From positions 13,890,001 to 13,954,000 of the forward strand of contig NC_087245.1 in NCBI RefSeq assembly GCF_037042905.1: DNA of 64,000 nucleotides, read 5' to 3'. Below the pieces are notes generated by a model that was not told the origin of the DNA, ran no database searches, and was given only the letters and a program-made list of their open reading frames with translations. A program made the translations under genes and the position numbers. Positions 39,274-50,857 of this stretch are shown in pieces (the stretch's first letter is position 1; every line of letters starts with the position of its first letter). Source of the stretch: Lytechinus pictus (Eukaryota).

Positions 39274-39753
39274 AGGACAAGTCCACCCCAACAAATAGTT
39301 GATTCGAAAATCAGATGTAAAATACGAAAGTTAAAACAGTTTAAAGTTTCTCTTAATTTCACCAATCACATCATGGTTAGTATGCAAATGAGAAGACTGA
39401 TGACATCATTAACTCATTATTTTTTTTTAAACATGGAGCATGAAATATTATAATTTTTTTTAATTGTGTAATCATCATTGTTTTAGCATTTTGTGGTTAA
39501 AACAAGAGTTCTTGTCAAATCTGTAAAAAATAAAATATTGTATAATCTAAATTAAACAATAAAAATCAAAAGATATAGTGAGGGGGACATCATCGACTCA
39601 TTTGCATATCACTGAGTTGTGCATATAACTGTTTTGTGAAAAATAAGTGAATCTTTAAAATGTCACCTGATTTTGATGAAAGTTTCAGTGTTATGCTTGT
39701 TTAAAATTTCTCTTTTTATTCAAATTAACTATTCGTTGGGGTGGACTTTACCT
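39274..39753. mobile_element. TTAA-flanked MITE family B, diverged
   Basis: TTAA|AGGACAAGTCCACCCCAAC...GTTGGGGTGGACTTTACCT. Confidence 0.8.
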
Positions 39754-40175
39754 TTGAATGCTCAAAAGCGGTGATTTGTCGGATGACGAGATCGAAAAAA
39801 GCGGGATCACTTTTCCGTGTCAGATCCTAGATGTAAGTAGGGTGTGCACAGAGGATAACATTTTTTTATAAGGGGGAAATTGTATTACTTTCAACCCTAT
39901 TATAAAAGTGAAATATTTGAGGCATTCATAAGGGTACTCAGAAATCGAAGGATGATTACTTGTTTAGGGTCCAGTGAGAAAGTCCATGGTCCATGTATAG
40001 GCTTTTGATTGGATGTTAGAATTTGCCACATTTTTTCTTTTTTTTTTTGGGGGGGGGGTGGATTTTATTGATGTGCCTATTCAAAGGAAAGTTTACCCTG
40101 AAAAAAGGGTTTACTGTAACAATAGCATAATAACAATTATATATATATATATACATAAATATATATATATATATT

Positions 40176-40207
<32 letters not shown>

Positions 40208-40555
40208 TATTGCCGAAGGTTGGAAAAAATCCATCGGAGAATTAAAAAAGTTATTAGAATTTTTATTTTTTATTTACGACGTCATATGCGAGCAGCTTTC
40301 CTGATTAGTATGGTAAAAATCAATGAAATGTCATTTTCTAAGGAAATCGAAAATGGTTTGTACTGTACCTTCATTTCATCATGGACCTCAATAGACCAAT
40401 CATTTCACATTCGTTCCTAAAACGAAAATAAAAACAAGTCATCACGAACTATATAAAAAAACAAATGAAATTTATGCATTTTATATTACATAACATAAGG
40501 AGCAGCTACTCGTTTTTGACGTCACAAATTCAAAAATAAAAATTCTAATAACTCC

Positions 40556-40865
40556 CTCAATTGCTTGATATTTATGTACAAATCACAATCCTCTCAAAAC
40601 TTTTCATTTTTAAAAGATGCATTTGTTGTTAACTCAAATGTCCATTTGTACAATACACGGCAGAAAAATCTTATCCACCAGCCACTTGCAAGAACAAATA
40701 CTGCTTTGAATTCTTTTGTGATAGTTTGTACAAAAGAATGGAATAAGTTACCACAAAACTTTAGATCCAGTCCAACACTGCCCATATTTAAAAAATTGAT
40801 GTCGAAAATATTTATTTGAAAGATTACAAAATATCTTGAATTGATTCTTGATAAGCCATGTGTGT

Positions 40866-40897
<32 letters not shown>

Positions 40898-41115
40898 GTT
40901 TGTATGTATTTTCTTATTTTACTCTTTAGATTATCATTGTAAATATTTTTTTCATCTCATTATTGTTGTAATGTACTTTATAAGGGGCCCCTCTCACAAG
41001 CTCTGCTTCTATGGGGTCCCAAACCTATCATGTATTCTCATTTTTGTTAAACTATGTGATATGTCTCTTGTTCTTGATTGGTTTGAATAAATTTGAACTT
41101 GAACTTGAACTTGAA
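40556..41115 (+). mobile_element. 5'-truncated L2/CR1-group LINE 3' end inserted in a MITE
   Basis: ORF 40565-40819 with VHLYNTRQ..EWNKLP..FKK (LINE ORF2 C-terminus); 3' stem-loop GGGGCCCC..ACAAGCTCTGCTT..GGGGTCCC; AATAAA and (TTGAAC)n tail. Confidence 0.85.
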
Positions 41116-42528
41116 AAATCCTGTTCCTGTTCCTGTTCGTTATTGGATTTTCCTCAAACCTTCACCAATATTTTTTTTATAATTTTCTGCTATTTTTACA
41201 ACAAACTTTTCTACATGGTGAACTTCTCTTTTAATGTTGGATCATAGGGGCAGGAAGCGCCTCTCTTTTTTTTTTATATTTTTTGTTTTGTTTTGTTTGT
41301 TTTGACAGTTTTTTTTGTGTGTGTGTTTTTTGCTCGTCAGTTACTTTTTATCCAAACCCTTTAGGCAAATCATGGATCCGTCCCTTAATAGTTCTATTTC
41401 AGACAGTAACATATTAATTTGTATGTTTCTTTAGTCGACTTAAGTTAGCCAAGACGTTAGGGTTGGACCAGAGTTATGAAAACCTGGTATGAAAGTGCGA
41501 AACTCTGGTTTGGAATACAGAACAAAATGATAATAAGTAAATAATATGAAATATTTGTACAATGAGCATATATGCCGGTCTTTGGAACGTTTTTCCTCGT
41601 TTTAACCCCTTTTAACGCACCTTTTGGATAGTATTAGTCTGAAGCCAGGTGAGAAGTTTCATGAAAAAATTGTTGGCAGAAGTAACAAAAACCGTCCATG
41701 AAACAAACCCTCATTTCATTTTTGTTAAAATTTTGACTCCCTCTCTCATAGACATTGTGTACACCTTAGGTGCATAATGTTTAAAAATAGGTGACCCCTT
41801 ATTCATTATGGTGGAACTTTTGTTCAAGGCTGTCTTTATCAATGTAATTTGGCAGTTATGTTTATCAACCTACGGGCAGAATTATGTGCAAAAATGAAAT
41901 CGATATGTTTATTTATGGATGAGTGAGCATGCACTGCAAGTGGGAAAAGGGGTATTTTCAATGTCACAGACTCATTTTGAGGTAATCAAGTGAATAATGG
42001 GGGCAAATTCGGTTTCAAATGTGACTCAATTGATGTTATCATCTATCAGTTTTATCACCACACACTTTTTGAACTTTTTACATTTTCATGGTTGAGCGAG
42101 CGCATTCAAAAACTTGGGAATGAATACTCTTTATACTGAATAAATGTATTCTTTTCCTAACAATTTCTCAGGATCAGTTGATTTATGGACAAATCAGTGG
42201 TGGATCCAGAATTTTAAAGTGGGGAGGGGCTGAGTAATTGGGGGGGGGGAGCCACCAACATTTTCCAATTTTAACATGTTTTAACAAGTTGTAGGGGATA
42301 CTGCCATAAACCCCTATAATGATACGTCACAAAACATTGTGCTCACTCAACCATAAACATGCGATATCAAAATTTTGTGTGAGGTGGCTAAATGATGGAT
42401 AGTAAAACAGCATTAACACCATAAAATTCACCTAAAACATGAAAAACAACCTTTGCCCAAAAGTCACAAGCGACTCTTGTGACTTTCAAAAATTGTCATT
42501 TTAAATTTAATCTTTGATTACTCATGCA

Positions 42529-44633
42529 CATGGGCGGAAATCTCTCCTTAAAGGTAGGGGGGACACAATTGAGTTTTCCGTTTTTATGTTCTACAGAGTT
42601 ACTAACTCAAACACACCACCACACACACATACATACATGTATATATATTTATATTTTTATTTCTTTTTGAATTGTTTATTGGACCAACTCCGAGCAGAAC
42701 ATTTCCACTTTGTATATATATATATATATATATATATTTCAAAGAGGGGAGGTATTCCTGACTAAAGATGAAAGGCCTCAATAAATAATGCGAGCGCGAA
42801 GCGCGAGCTGAAAGTTTTTGATTTTGCAACCTAAAAACTGGACATTTGTAACAATTTTTCAAATCATGAACAGGATAGGAATTACCTAAAAACTGAACAT
42901 TCGTAACACTTTTTCAAATCATGAATAGAAAAGGAGTGAAACTAAATGATAGATGCGAGCGCGAGCTTAAGTTTGTGATTTTCCAACCTAAAAACTGGAC
43001 ATTCTTAACAGTTTTATAAAAATCATGAACACGATAGGAATCTAATAAAATAATGCTAGCGCGAAGTGCGAGCTAAAAGTTTTTGATTTTCCAACCTAAA
43101 AACTGGACATTCGTAACACTTTTTCAAATCATGAACAGGATAGGAATTTAATTAAATAATAGATGCGAGCGCGAGCTGAAAATTTGTGATTTTCCAACCT
43201 AAATACTGGACATTCATAGCACTTTAAAAAGAATATAAACAGGATAGGAATCTAAACAATTAATGCGAGCATGAAGCGCGAGCTAAAATTTTTTTATTTT
43301 CCAACCTAAAAACTGGACATTCTTAGCACTTAATAACAAACGGAATAGGAATCTAAACAATAAATGCGAGCGCGAAGCGCGAGCTGAAATTTTTTTATTT
43401 TCCAACCTAAAAATTTGACATTCATAGCACCTTAAAAAGAATATGAACAGGATAGGAATCTAATCAATTAATGTGAGCACGAAGCGCGAACTGAAAGTTT
43501 TTGATTTTCCAACCTTAAAACTGGACATTCGTAACACTTTTTCAAATCATGAACAGGATAGGAATTTAACTAAATAATAGATGCGGGCGCGAGCTGAAAA
43601 ATCGTGATTTTCCAACCTTAATACTGGACATTCACAGCACTGTAAAAAGAATATAAAAAGGGTAGGAATCTAAACAATTAATGCAAGCGTGAAGCGCGAG
43701 CTGAAAGTTTTTTTATTTTCCAACCTAAAAACTGGACATTCATAGCACCTTAAAAAGAATATGCAGGATAGGAATCTAATCAATTAATATGAGCGCGAAG
43801 CGCGAGCTGAAAGTTTTTGATTTTCCAACCTAAATCCTAGACATTCTTAGTACTTAAAAAAAAATGATGAACAGGATAGGAATTCTAAACAATTAATGCG
43901 AGCGCGAAGCAAGAGGTGAAAGTGTTTGATTTTCCAACCTAAATACTGGACATTCTTAGTACTTAAAAAATTATGAACAGGATAGGAATCTAAACAATTA
44001 ATGCGAGCGCGAAGCGCGAGCTCAAAGTTTTTTATTTTCCAACCTAAAAACTGGACAATCGTAAAATTTTTTCAAATCATGAACAGGATAGGAATTTTAC
44101 TAAGTAATATTAGATTCGGGCACGAAGTGTGTGCTGAAGATATGTCATTTCCGGCCTAAAAATTGGTATTATTAGCATATTTCAAAATCAAGTACAGGGT
44201 AGCTATCTAACTAAATTTGAATTGATGTGAGCGCGAAGCGTATCCTGTTTTTTTTATTTTCCGACCAAATAAGTCATCTTCTTTTCACCTAATTATAGCA
44301 ATAAACAGGATAGTATCTGACTCAACCATGGGCGGAAATCTTCCCCAAAGGTAGGGGGGGACCAGGGACTGGAAAAGCAAAAAGCCCCCCCCCCCCAAAA
44401 AAAAAAAAAAAAAAAAAAAAAAAGGAGGAAAAAAAGGTTTTCACCCAAAATGTAAGATCATCTAGTCCAAAATACCAAAATACATGTATTATCTCGATTG
44501 TGAAGTGAGGTGTTTTTCTCCATCATAAAGTACCAAAAATAGTAGGTGGGACATTTGATATTGTGTCCCCCCCCCTACTATTTTGGGTAGGGGGGACGCG
44601 TCCCCCCTGTCCCCCCTGGGATTTCCGCCCATG
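42529..44633. mobile_element. hAT-like non-autonomous element with ~14 x ~105 bp internal tandem array
   Basis: TIR CATGGGCGGAAATC...GATTTCCGCCCATG; 8 bp TSD CTCATGCA (42521-42528, 44634-44641); units contain GCGAGCGCGAAGCGCGAGCTGAAA..CCAACCTAAAAACTGGACATT; second internal left end at ~44327. Confidence 0.92.
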
Positions 44634-44942
44634 CTCATGCATGACTCAACTGATCAATCTCATTATTCCCAAGGGGTTGCTAAATGAGTGTAGAAAACCA
44701 TCTACGAAATATCATATTTCAAAATTATTCCGTTCTAATGTTACAGCAATTTGATTTAGGGGAGACTTACTTTTTTTTTGTATATATATAAATGTGTGAA
44801 GTTATACATGTACAACAGCTTTGGCAACTCTTTTATTTAAATATTGTAAAGACATGGATGAAGAGAACAATGATAGGCGTAGCTTAAATCAAGGTTCCCC
44901 AGAGCTATCTACCCTTTGGAAAAATTGGTGATGCCGAAAAAA

Positions 44943-45014
44943 TGTCTCTGCCGGGAATCGAACCCGGGCCCCCAGCATTGAACGCCGGTGCCTTAACCAC
45001 TAGAACACAGAGAC
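44943..45014 (-). tRNA. tRNA-like cloverleaf, anticodon UCA (copy 1; D-stem mismatch, U38)
   Basis: Reverse complement GTCTCTG TG TTCT AGTGGTTA AGGC A CCGGC GTTCAAT GCTGG GGGC CCGGG TTCGATT CCCGG CAGAGAC A followed by T6. Confidence 0.6.
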
Positions 45015-45372
45015 GGGTTAGTGGCTAGGGCGACCCCGATCCGATTGACCGTCAGATAGACAGATTTTCGACACTATACCAATTATAATTTCCTTTGTCG
45101 GGTGAAGGTGGTGTTTTGAACAGTGACAAGCCGCCATGCCTCACCTGGATCAAAGGTATTGCTTTGATACAGTACACGTATGGGAGAAAGTATACAAATG
45201 TTATACATGTACAACAGCTTTGGCAACTCTTTTATTTAAATATTGTGTGAAAGAAATGGAGGAAGAGAACAATGGTAGAATGAAAAGAACAAAGGAAATT
45301 ATAATTGGTATAGTGTCGAAAATCTGTCTATCTGACGGTTAATCGGATCGGGGTCGCCCTAGCCACTAAAGC

Positions 45373-45444
45373 GTCTCTGTGGACTAGTGGCTAAGGCACC
45401 GGCGTTCAAAGCTGGGGGCCCGGGTTCGATTCCCGGCAGAGACA
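45373..45444 (+). tRNA. tRNA-like cloverleaf, anticodon UCA (copy 2; one D-stem mismatch)
   Basis: GTCTCTG TG GACT AGTGGCTA AGGC A CCGGC GTTCAAA GCTGG GGGC CCGGG TTCGATT CCCGG CAGAGAC A + TTTTTT. Confidence 0.6.
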
Positions 45445-45769
45445 TTTTTTCGGCATCACCAATTTTTCCAAAGGGTAGATAGCTCTGGGGAACCTTGATT
45501 TAAGCTACGCCTGCCATTGTTCTCTTCCTCCATTTCTTTCACACACTATATATATATATATATTGAGGGGTATTGGAAGTACGAGAATCCTGTGAAAACC
45601 CCTTGAAAGGAGGGTGGTGGTCAGAAATCGATTGGTGGGGGGGGGGGGGGAGCCTCCACGGCTAGTCTGCATGCATAAACACTGATAGAACACGAGTGGG
45701 TTTGACACAATATTAATGGAAAGTGATAATGGAAGTTGTTAATGGAAAGACTGTGAAATATGTGGAATA

Positions 45770-46254
45770 CCCGGGGGGGATGGGACTTCCATTGAGGAGT
45801 GGATACCATGTGCGACCATGGGGTCTCGAAAAGCACCCTAAACACGTATTTTCCATATTCTGAAAATGCACCCCTTAACAAGTATTGGCGTGTGAAACCC
45901 TACCCTTAACAAGTATTGGAAACGAAACGATACTCTTGCCAAGTATTCCCTGCATTGACCCCCTAAACAAGTAAAGCGATATTTTTATTATTATGTCACG
46001 GATGTCGGCTTTACCTTTACCTACATCATTGGGTTTAGTACAGCCCCACTTCCCACATCTCGCGCAAATCGTACTGTAAACACGTAGAGTTGACTCTTGG
46101 GGCAAAAAGTACATCTTTTATCAAACATTTTAGTCTTAATTTTTTACCCCCACGCAAATTTGACCCTAAACACGTAGCTTTCCCACTATTTTAGTGGGGT
46201 TTTTTGGTCGCGCATGGTATCCACTCGTCAATGTAAGTGCCCCCCCCCCCCGGG
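45770..46254. mobile_element. CCCGGG-terminated MITE upstream of the TRIM gene
   Basis: TIR CCCGGG..ACTTCCATTGA..AGTGGATACCATG / CATGGTATCCACT..TCAATGTAAGT..CCCGGG; flanking TGGAATA duplicated; relative at 60250-60564. Confidence 0.8.
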
Positions 46255-46834
46255 TGGAATATGAAGAATATTGGATGATATCCTTAATAACTAGGATATG
46301 AATGTTAACAATAGAATCTCCTATTTCTTGTGATTTTTTTTTTCAAAGATAGATGTGCGCGCCCGTGTGCGGAACTGGAGAAACCGCACAACCACACCGT
46401 GCCTTGTAAAATGTATGCATACGGAAACCCCAAAATTAAAGTGGCCCTCTACAGTTCAAAATAATGCTCAGTGGCATGGTGGGAAAACCCACTTCTATTT
46501 TCATCCCAGTATTTGCAAGTTTATTGTGACTTGTGTGTGTTTTATGAAATTTCAATTCGGTCGCTATTTTGCCATTCGTTGTATATTTACTCACACAGTT
46601 GAATAGAGAAGTAGTCATTTTTTATCGAAATATTCCCGGAAGTAGGTCGCTCATATTTTCATCCATATAGCTTTCGTCAATGCTGTTGATTCTAACACTG
46701 ACACTTAATAAAACTGCGACCACTTCGACTTGTCGAAGTAATAGATTTGTGTGCGGATTGGTTTTTTCATCAATATTTGCTTTATCTGTATTTCCTATTG
46801 AGCTCGCTTTTACTGAACAATTTTATCAACGAAA

Positions 46835-47470
46835 ATGGCTGAGAAGGCTAAAGAAGATGCATCAAACTATCCACAGAACTTGACATGCCCGCTATGCCTT
46901 GATGTATTCGATGAGGCTACCATCCTCACGACATGCGGCCATACCTTTTGCCGCAAATGCCTCATGAACTATGATCAAGTTCATCAAGAGCTCGACCACA
47001 TGATCTGTCCTCTCTGTAGAGAAATCACCAAGTTTATGTCTGCCAACCGTGTCGATGATCTCCGCCTCAATGTCTCCATCAACGGATGCGTGGATGATTA
47101 CCACATCAAGCGTGGAGGAATGAATGCTCTCCTTGAGATGAATCCGAAATGCACCAGTTGCAAGTTGCAGCAAGATGCTGTCTCTTACTGCAGAACATGT
47201 AATAACTATATGTGTGATAAGTGTTTGCATTGTCATCAACATCTCACAGTGTTCTTTGAAGGTCATGATATTGTTTCCATAGGGGATATCATCGAGGGAA
47301 ATGTAAAGATTGGTCATCTATCCGAGAAATGCCACACCCACAAACAAGATGAAAAAGATTTGTTTTGTGAAGAATGTAAGGTCCATGCCTGTCTCAAGTG
47401 CATCGTCGTTACCCATAAAAATCATGACATCAAGAATCGTACCGACTTTGAGCAGGAGCTGCAGTCCAAG
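46835..47470 (+). CDS. TRIM E3 ligase, coding exon 1 (RING + B-box1 + B-box2)
   Basis: CPLC..CGHTFCRKC..CPLC RING; CTSC..CRTC..CDKC..H B-box1; CHTH..CEEC..CLKC..H..H B-box2; donor AAG|GTAAGT at 47470/47471, phase 0. Confidence 0.93.
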
Positions 47471-47918
47471 GTAAGTGGTTTTGTAAGTCCATGGTAGTTA
47501 GACCAGGTAGCTCATAATGTCGGAACAGAAAGGGATGGGTAGTCATTGGACATACAACTTGCCACTGGTGCAACCATGAAGAGATTCCTTACTGTCGAAT
47601 AAAAAAATGAATTATCCTATCATTCTGATTACAAACTGCAAAAGAAAAAGTGACATAAGTTATGTGTGTGACTTTTTTGTTATTTTTGCAAATGATAGAT
47701 TGACCTCATAAAGTATTTTCTTACCTAATAGGCTTTATCTCTGACCAATAATTCTTTAAAAAAGTAATAAATGGTATACTTGCTCCATGTGGTTAAAAAA
47801 ATTGGTAAAATAGGACACACGATGGATTTTTTTATTGCTTATTAATGCCTATGCCCCCACCCAAAAATGATAATTAAAAAATTTTGTTTTGGTTCTGCAT
47901 TTTCTCTTGTTGCTACAG

Positions 47919-49178
47919 GTAAACGACCTTGCTCAGCGCTGTGCCGAGAAGAAAACAGAACTAGAAAAGAACATTCAGAATCTAGAAGTGCAACGTTATG
48001 AGGTACATACTGCGGTGCAGAAACTATTGGAGGATGTCAAGCAAGCCTACATCATCAAGACCAAAGAGCTGGAAGAAAATCTTAACAAACTCGAAGAGCA
48101 ATTAATCGCTTTAAAACAGAGCTTCGATGATGACCTTGATGTATTGAAATCAAAAGATCGACAGAGGATCAAGAGTATCTGTAGTTCGATCACACTGGTA
48201 GATAATGACAGACTTGGTCATCTTGAGACAGACAGTCTGTCTGCTCATGTCTTACTATGTGATGAGTTGGATGCTATGCTCAAAGAAGCTACTGATTACT
48301 TGTCTGTTGCGGCCATTACCAAGGATGCAAAGGAAACGAAGTTCAAGCCCGCAGATGATGTTCGTCTTGACCTTGGGCGTATATTAAGATTTACCGAGAT
48401 GCAGATTGTTAAATGCGTAGATTTACGGGGGCTTATTGCAGGAATGACGCGGTACACTGATGACAGTGTTGCCATTGGATTTGAAAATAATTATGATATA
48501 GATATCACTGATTCAGCTGGCAATAACAAGAAGCATACTAATATACCGAGTAACACGTTTTTCCACGATCTTGCGTTTTTGCAAGACGGATCACTCTGTA
48601 TGTCTTTGAGTAATTCAGAGGCACGAATATATTCTCTCACTGGTTCCCAGAAAGCAACCATCCAAGTGAGTGACAGAGGATATCGCCTGAAGATAAACAC
48701 CAGTCCATCAGCAGATGAAATCATCATTTCCAATGGTGGAAATGAAGTATACATCTATGATTCAACGGGATCCACTCTCAAACACACTGTTCCAGGACGC
48801 AACAAGATTCGTCAGGCCACTGCCACCAGGTCTGGTAAGATCATCACCAGTTCATGTGACCTTCAGAATCCAAGCGTGGTGACGGTTTATGACAGGGATG
48901 GGAATGCTGGCGAGTCACTACAAGCTCCAAACGGTGTCTATATGTATGCTGCCGTGGATAAGCGGGACAGGGTGTATGTAGCAAGTGTTGATCGTTCCAA
49001 GAGTAAAAACGTAGTGATCAGGCTCTATGATCTTAATGGTCTCAATTTAATAGAGAGATATGAGTTTGATGGTCTTAATACGATATTGAATTCTAACTGG
49101 TGTTATTTAGTATCTGTTTCACAAGACGTACTGGCCTTTGCATGCTACTACAAATTGTACTTCATCAAATTACTGTGA
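47919..49178 (+). CDS. TRIM E3 ligase, coding exon 2 (coiled coil + NHL-like beta-propeller); spliced product 631 aa
   Basis: Acceptor TTTCTCTTGTTGCTACAG| at 47918, phase 0 in frame; long heptad region, then beta-strand repeats (VYIYDSTG, VTVYDRDG, AVDKRDRVYVA, IRLYDLNG). Confidence 0.9.
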   Translation, partial: VNDLAQRCAEKKTELEKNIQNLEVQRYEVHTAVQKLLEDVKQAYIIKTKELEENLNKLEEQLIALKQSFDDDLDVLKSKDRQRIKSICSSITLVDNDRLGHLETDSLSAHVLLCDELDAMLKEATDYLSVAAITKDAKETKFKPADDVRLDLGRILRFTEMQIVKCVDLRGLIAGMTRYTDDSVAIGFENNYDIDITDSAGNNKKHTNIPSNTFFHDLAFLQDGSLCMSLSNSEARIYSLTGSQKATIQVSDRGYRLKINTSPSADEIIISNGGNEVYIYDSTGSTLKHTVPGRNKIRQATATRSGKIITSSCDLQNPSVVTVYDRDGNAGESLQAPNGVYMYAAVDKRDRVYVASVDRSKSKNVVIRLYDLNGLNLIERYEFDGLNTILNSNWCYLVSVSQDVLAFACYYKLYFIKLL

Positions 49179-49679
49179 TCTGAAAAAGCACTGAGCGCAC
49201 ACTCTCTTTATATAGATCTACAGTAACATACCTTTAATCACGTTAAGATATTTTCATTTACTTCACGTAGTCCGAGGAAATATGTTCAGTTGCTTCATTC
49301 ATTGATTGCTATCAGCATTTTAATAATATTAGGCATGTATCTGTTAAAATAACCCTCCCCAATGATATAAAAACAATCCTAATATTATGTTATTTTTAGT
49401 GAAATTGCTTAGCCTTTAACTTTGATTTTAGAGGAAATTACTAAAAAGGTTTGATTTTGTAGGAAATTACTAAAAAGATGATTATGTGCTCTGGTCCGTT
49501 TCATGAAAGTTGTCAGCACTAACAAGTTGTCTTTCTCCGACAGTTAACATAGCGACAGTCAGAGGCCACTTGTTTCACTGTTTATTATTTACAAAGAGGT
49601 TACTACAAGTTGTTTACATTTTTCTAATTTCTTTCAATATATATATATATAAATATGTCTTCTAATTTTTTTCAATATG

Positions 49680-50513
49680 TAACTGTCAAAAAATATTTCC
49701 GCTTGAGTGAGCACCACTTACTTTTGTAAAGTTAGTGAAAAACGATTTGCGCAGAACTTTGAAATCGTTATGTGAATAAAAGAAGAACACATGAAATTTA
49801 GCTACTAAAATTTATTTGAAGATATCTTTTACCTTTTTTAACTTGTTTCCTTGCCCAAAACACTTCGAAGAGTGCATTGCGCTCCATCCCACTCCCCCAT
49901 ACACCGAGGCCATCGTGACGACATTTGCTTTACACTGAGCTGTGATTTACATGAAATGGCTTAGGATTGATTTTTCATTTTGTTAATCATCGTCAAGCTT
50001 GGAAATAGTGTGGAGAAAAAGTATTAAATGGAAAATGAGATGTAAACCCACTTTAAATGAAATAAACTTAGTGATAGAATGCTGGAGATGTCTGATATAA
50101 GTTTTTGTTCAGATTCAGTTATGTCCTCAGATCCAGCTGGCACAAAAAGGGTAGTTTACTAAGTGTTGAAATTTCAATTTGGGTGGCAAAATTGTTACAA
50201 AATGCTTGAATGTATCCGTTTTATTTCAATTGACTAAAGTGCAAGGGAAATGTATGAGAAATGTTTAAGTTTGATTTCGCCCTTTCCCCTTGACACAGCG
50301 TGAAAACAAGCATTTCTGCGCAAACAGATTTCTGCGAGCTTTACAAAAATGGACAGTGCTCACTCAAGTGTAACATTCTGTAATAACTTTTACTTTCATT
50401 GGATAGATGAGACCCAAACCCAAGGTTATATGTAAAAAAAAAATTACCCACATGTTGTATATGTTTTAATTCCCAGTGTTTTTTCAAAGTGTAAACTTTT
50501 TTGATACGCACTG
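49680..50513. mobile_element. Truncated Tc1/mariner-type MITE
   Basis: Right end TTTTTGATACGCACTG|TA (CAGTG terminus); internal inverted block TTGAGTGAGCAC / GTGCTCACTCAA; left terminus missing. Confidence 0.6.
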
Positions 50514-50526
50514 TATATATATATTG

Positions 50527-50857
50527 TTCAAAACCCACCTACACCCGACAAAGGAAATAATAATTGGTATAGTGTCGAAAATCTGTCTATCTGACGGTCA
50601 ATCGGATCGGGGTTGCCCTAGCCACTAACCCGTCTCTGTGGTCTAGTGGTTAAGGCACCGGCGTTCAAAGCTGGGGGCCCGGGTTCGATTCCCGGCAGAG
50701 ACATTTTTCGGCATTACCAATTTTTCCAAAGGGCAGATAGCTCTGAGGAAACTTGATTTAAGCTACGCCTACCATTGTTCTCTTCATCCATTTCTTTCAC
50801 AAAATATTTATATAAAAGAGTTGCCAAAGCTGTTGTACATGTATAATTTCACACATT

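Larger units (their letters stand above)
44790..45546. mobile_element. Cluster of ~400 bp tRNA-carrying repeat units in (TA)n: full unit (minus, 44790-45190), truncated tandem unit (45196-45278), inverted unit (plus, 45290-45546)
   Basis: Direct alignment of the three pieces to each other and to 50527-50858; (TA)n on both outer flanks. Confidence 0.85.

Noticed and set aside
42790..44240. CRISPR-like repeat-spacer pattern
   Set aside because: Intervening sequences are homologous to each other; it is a tandem array inside a TSD-flanked MITE.
44790..45200. Hammerhead ribozyme or U1 snRNA similarity in the tRNA-carrying unit
   Set aside because: No CUGANGA/GAAA core with supporting stems found by eye; U1 resemblance limited to a few bases.
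50632..50703. Call as selenocysteine tRNA because of the UCA anticodon
   Set aside because: Short 4-nt variable loop, 7/5 acceptor/T stems and 4 bp D stem; lacks tRNA-Sec architecture.
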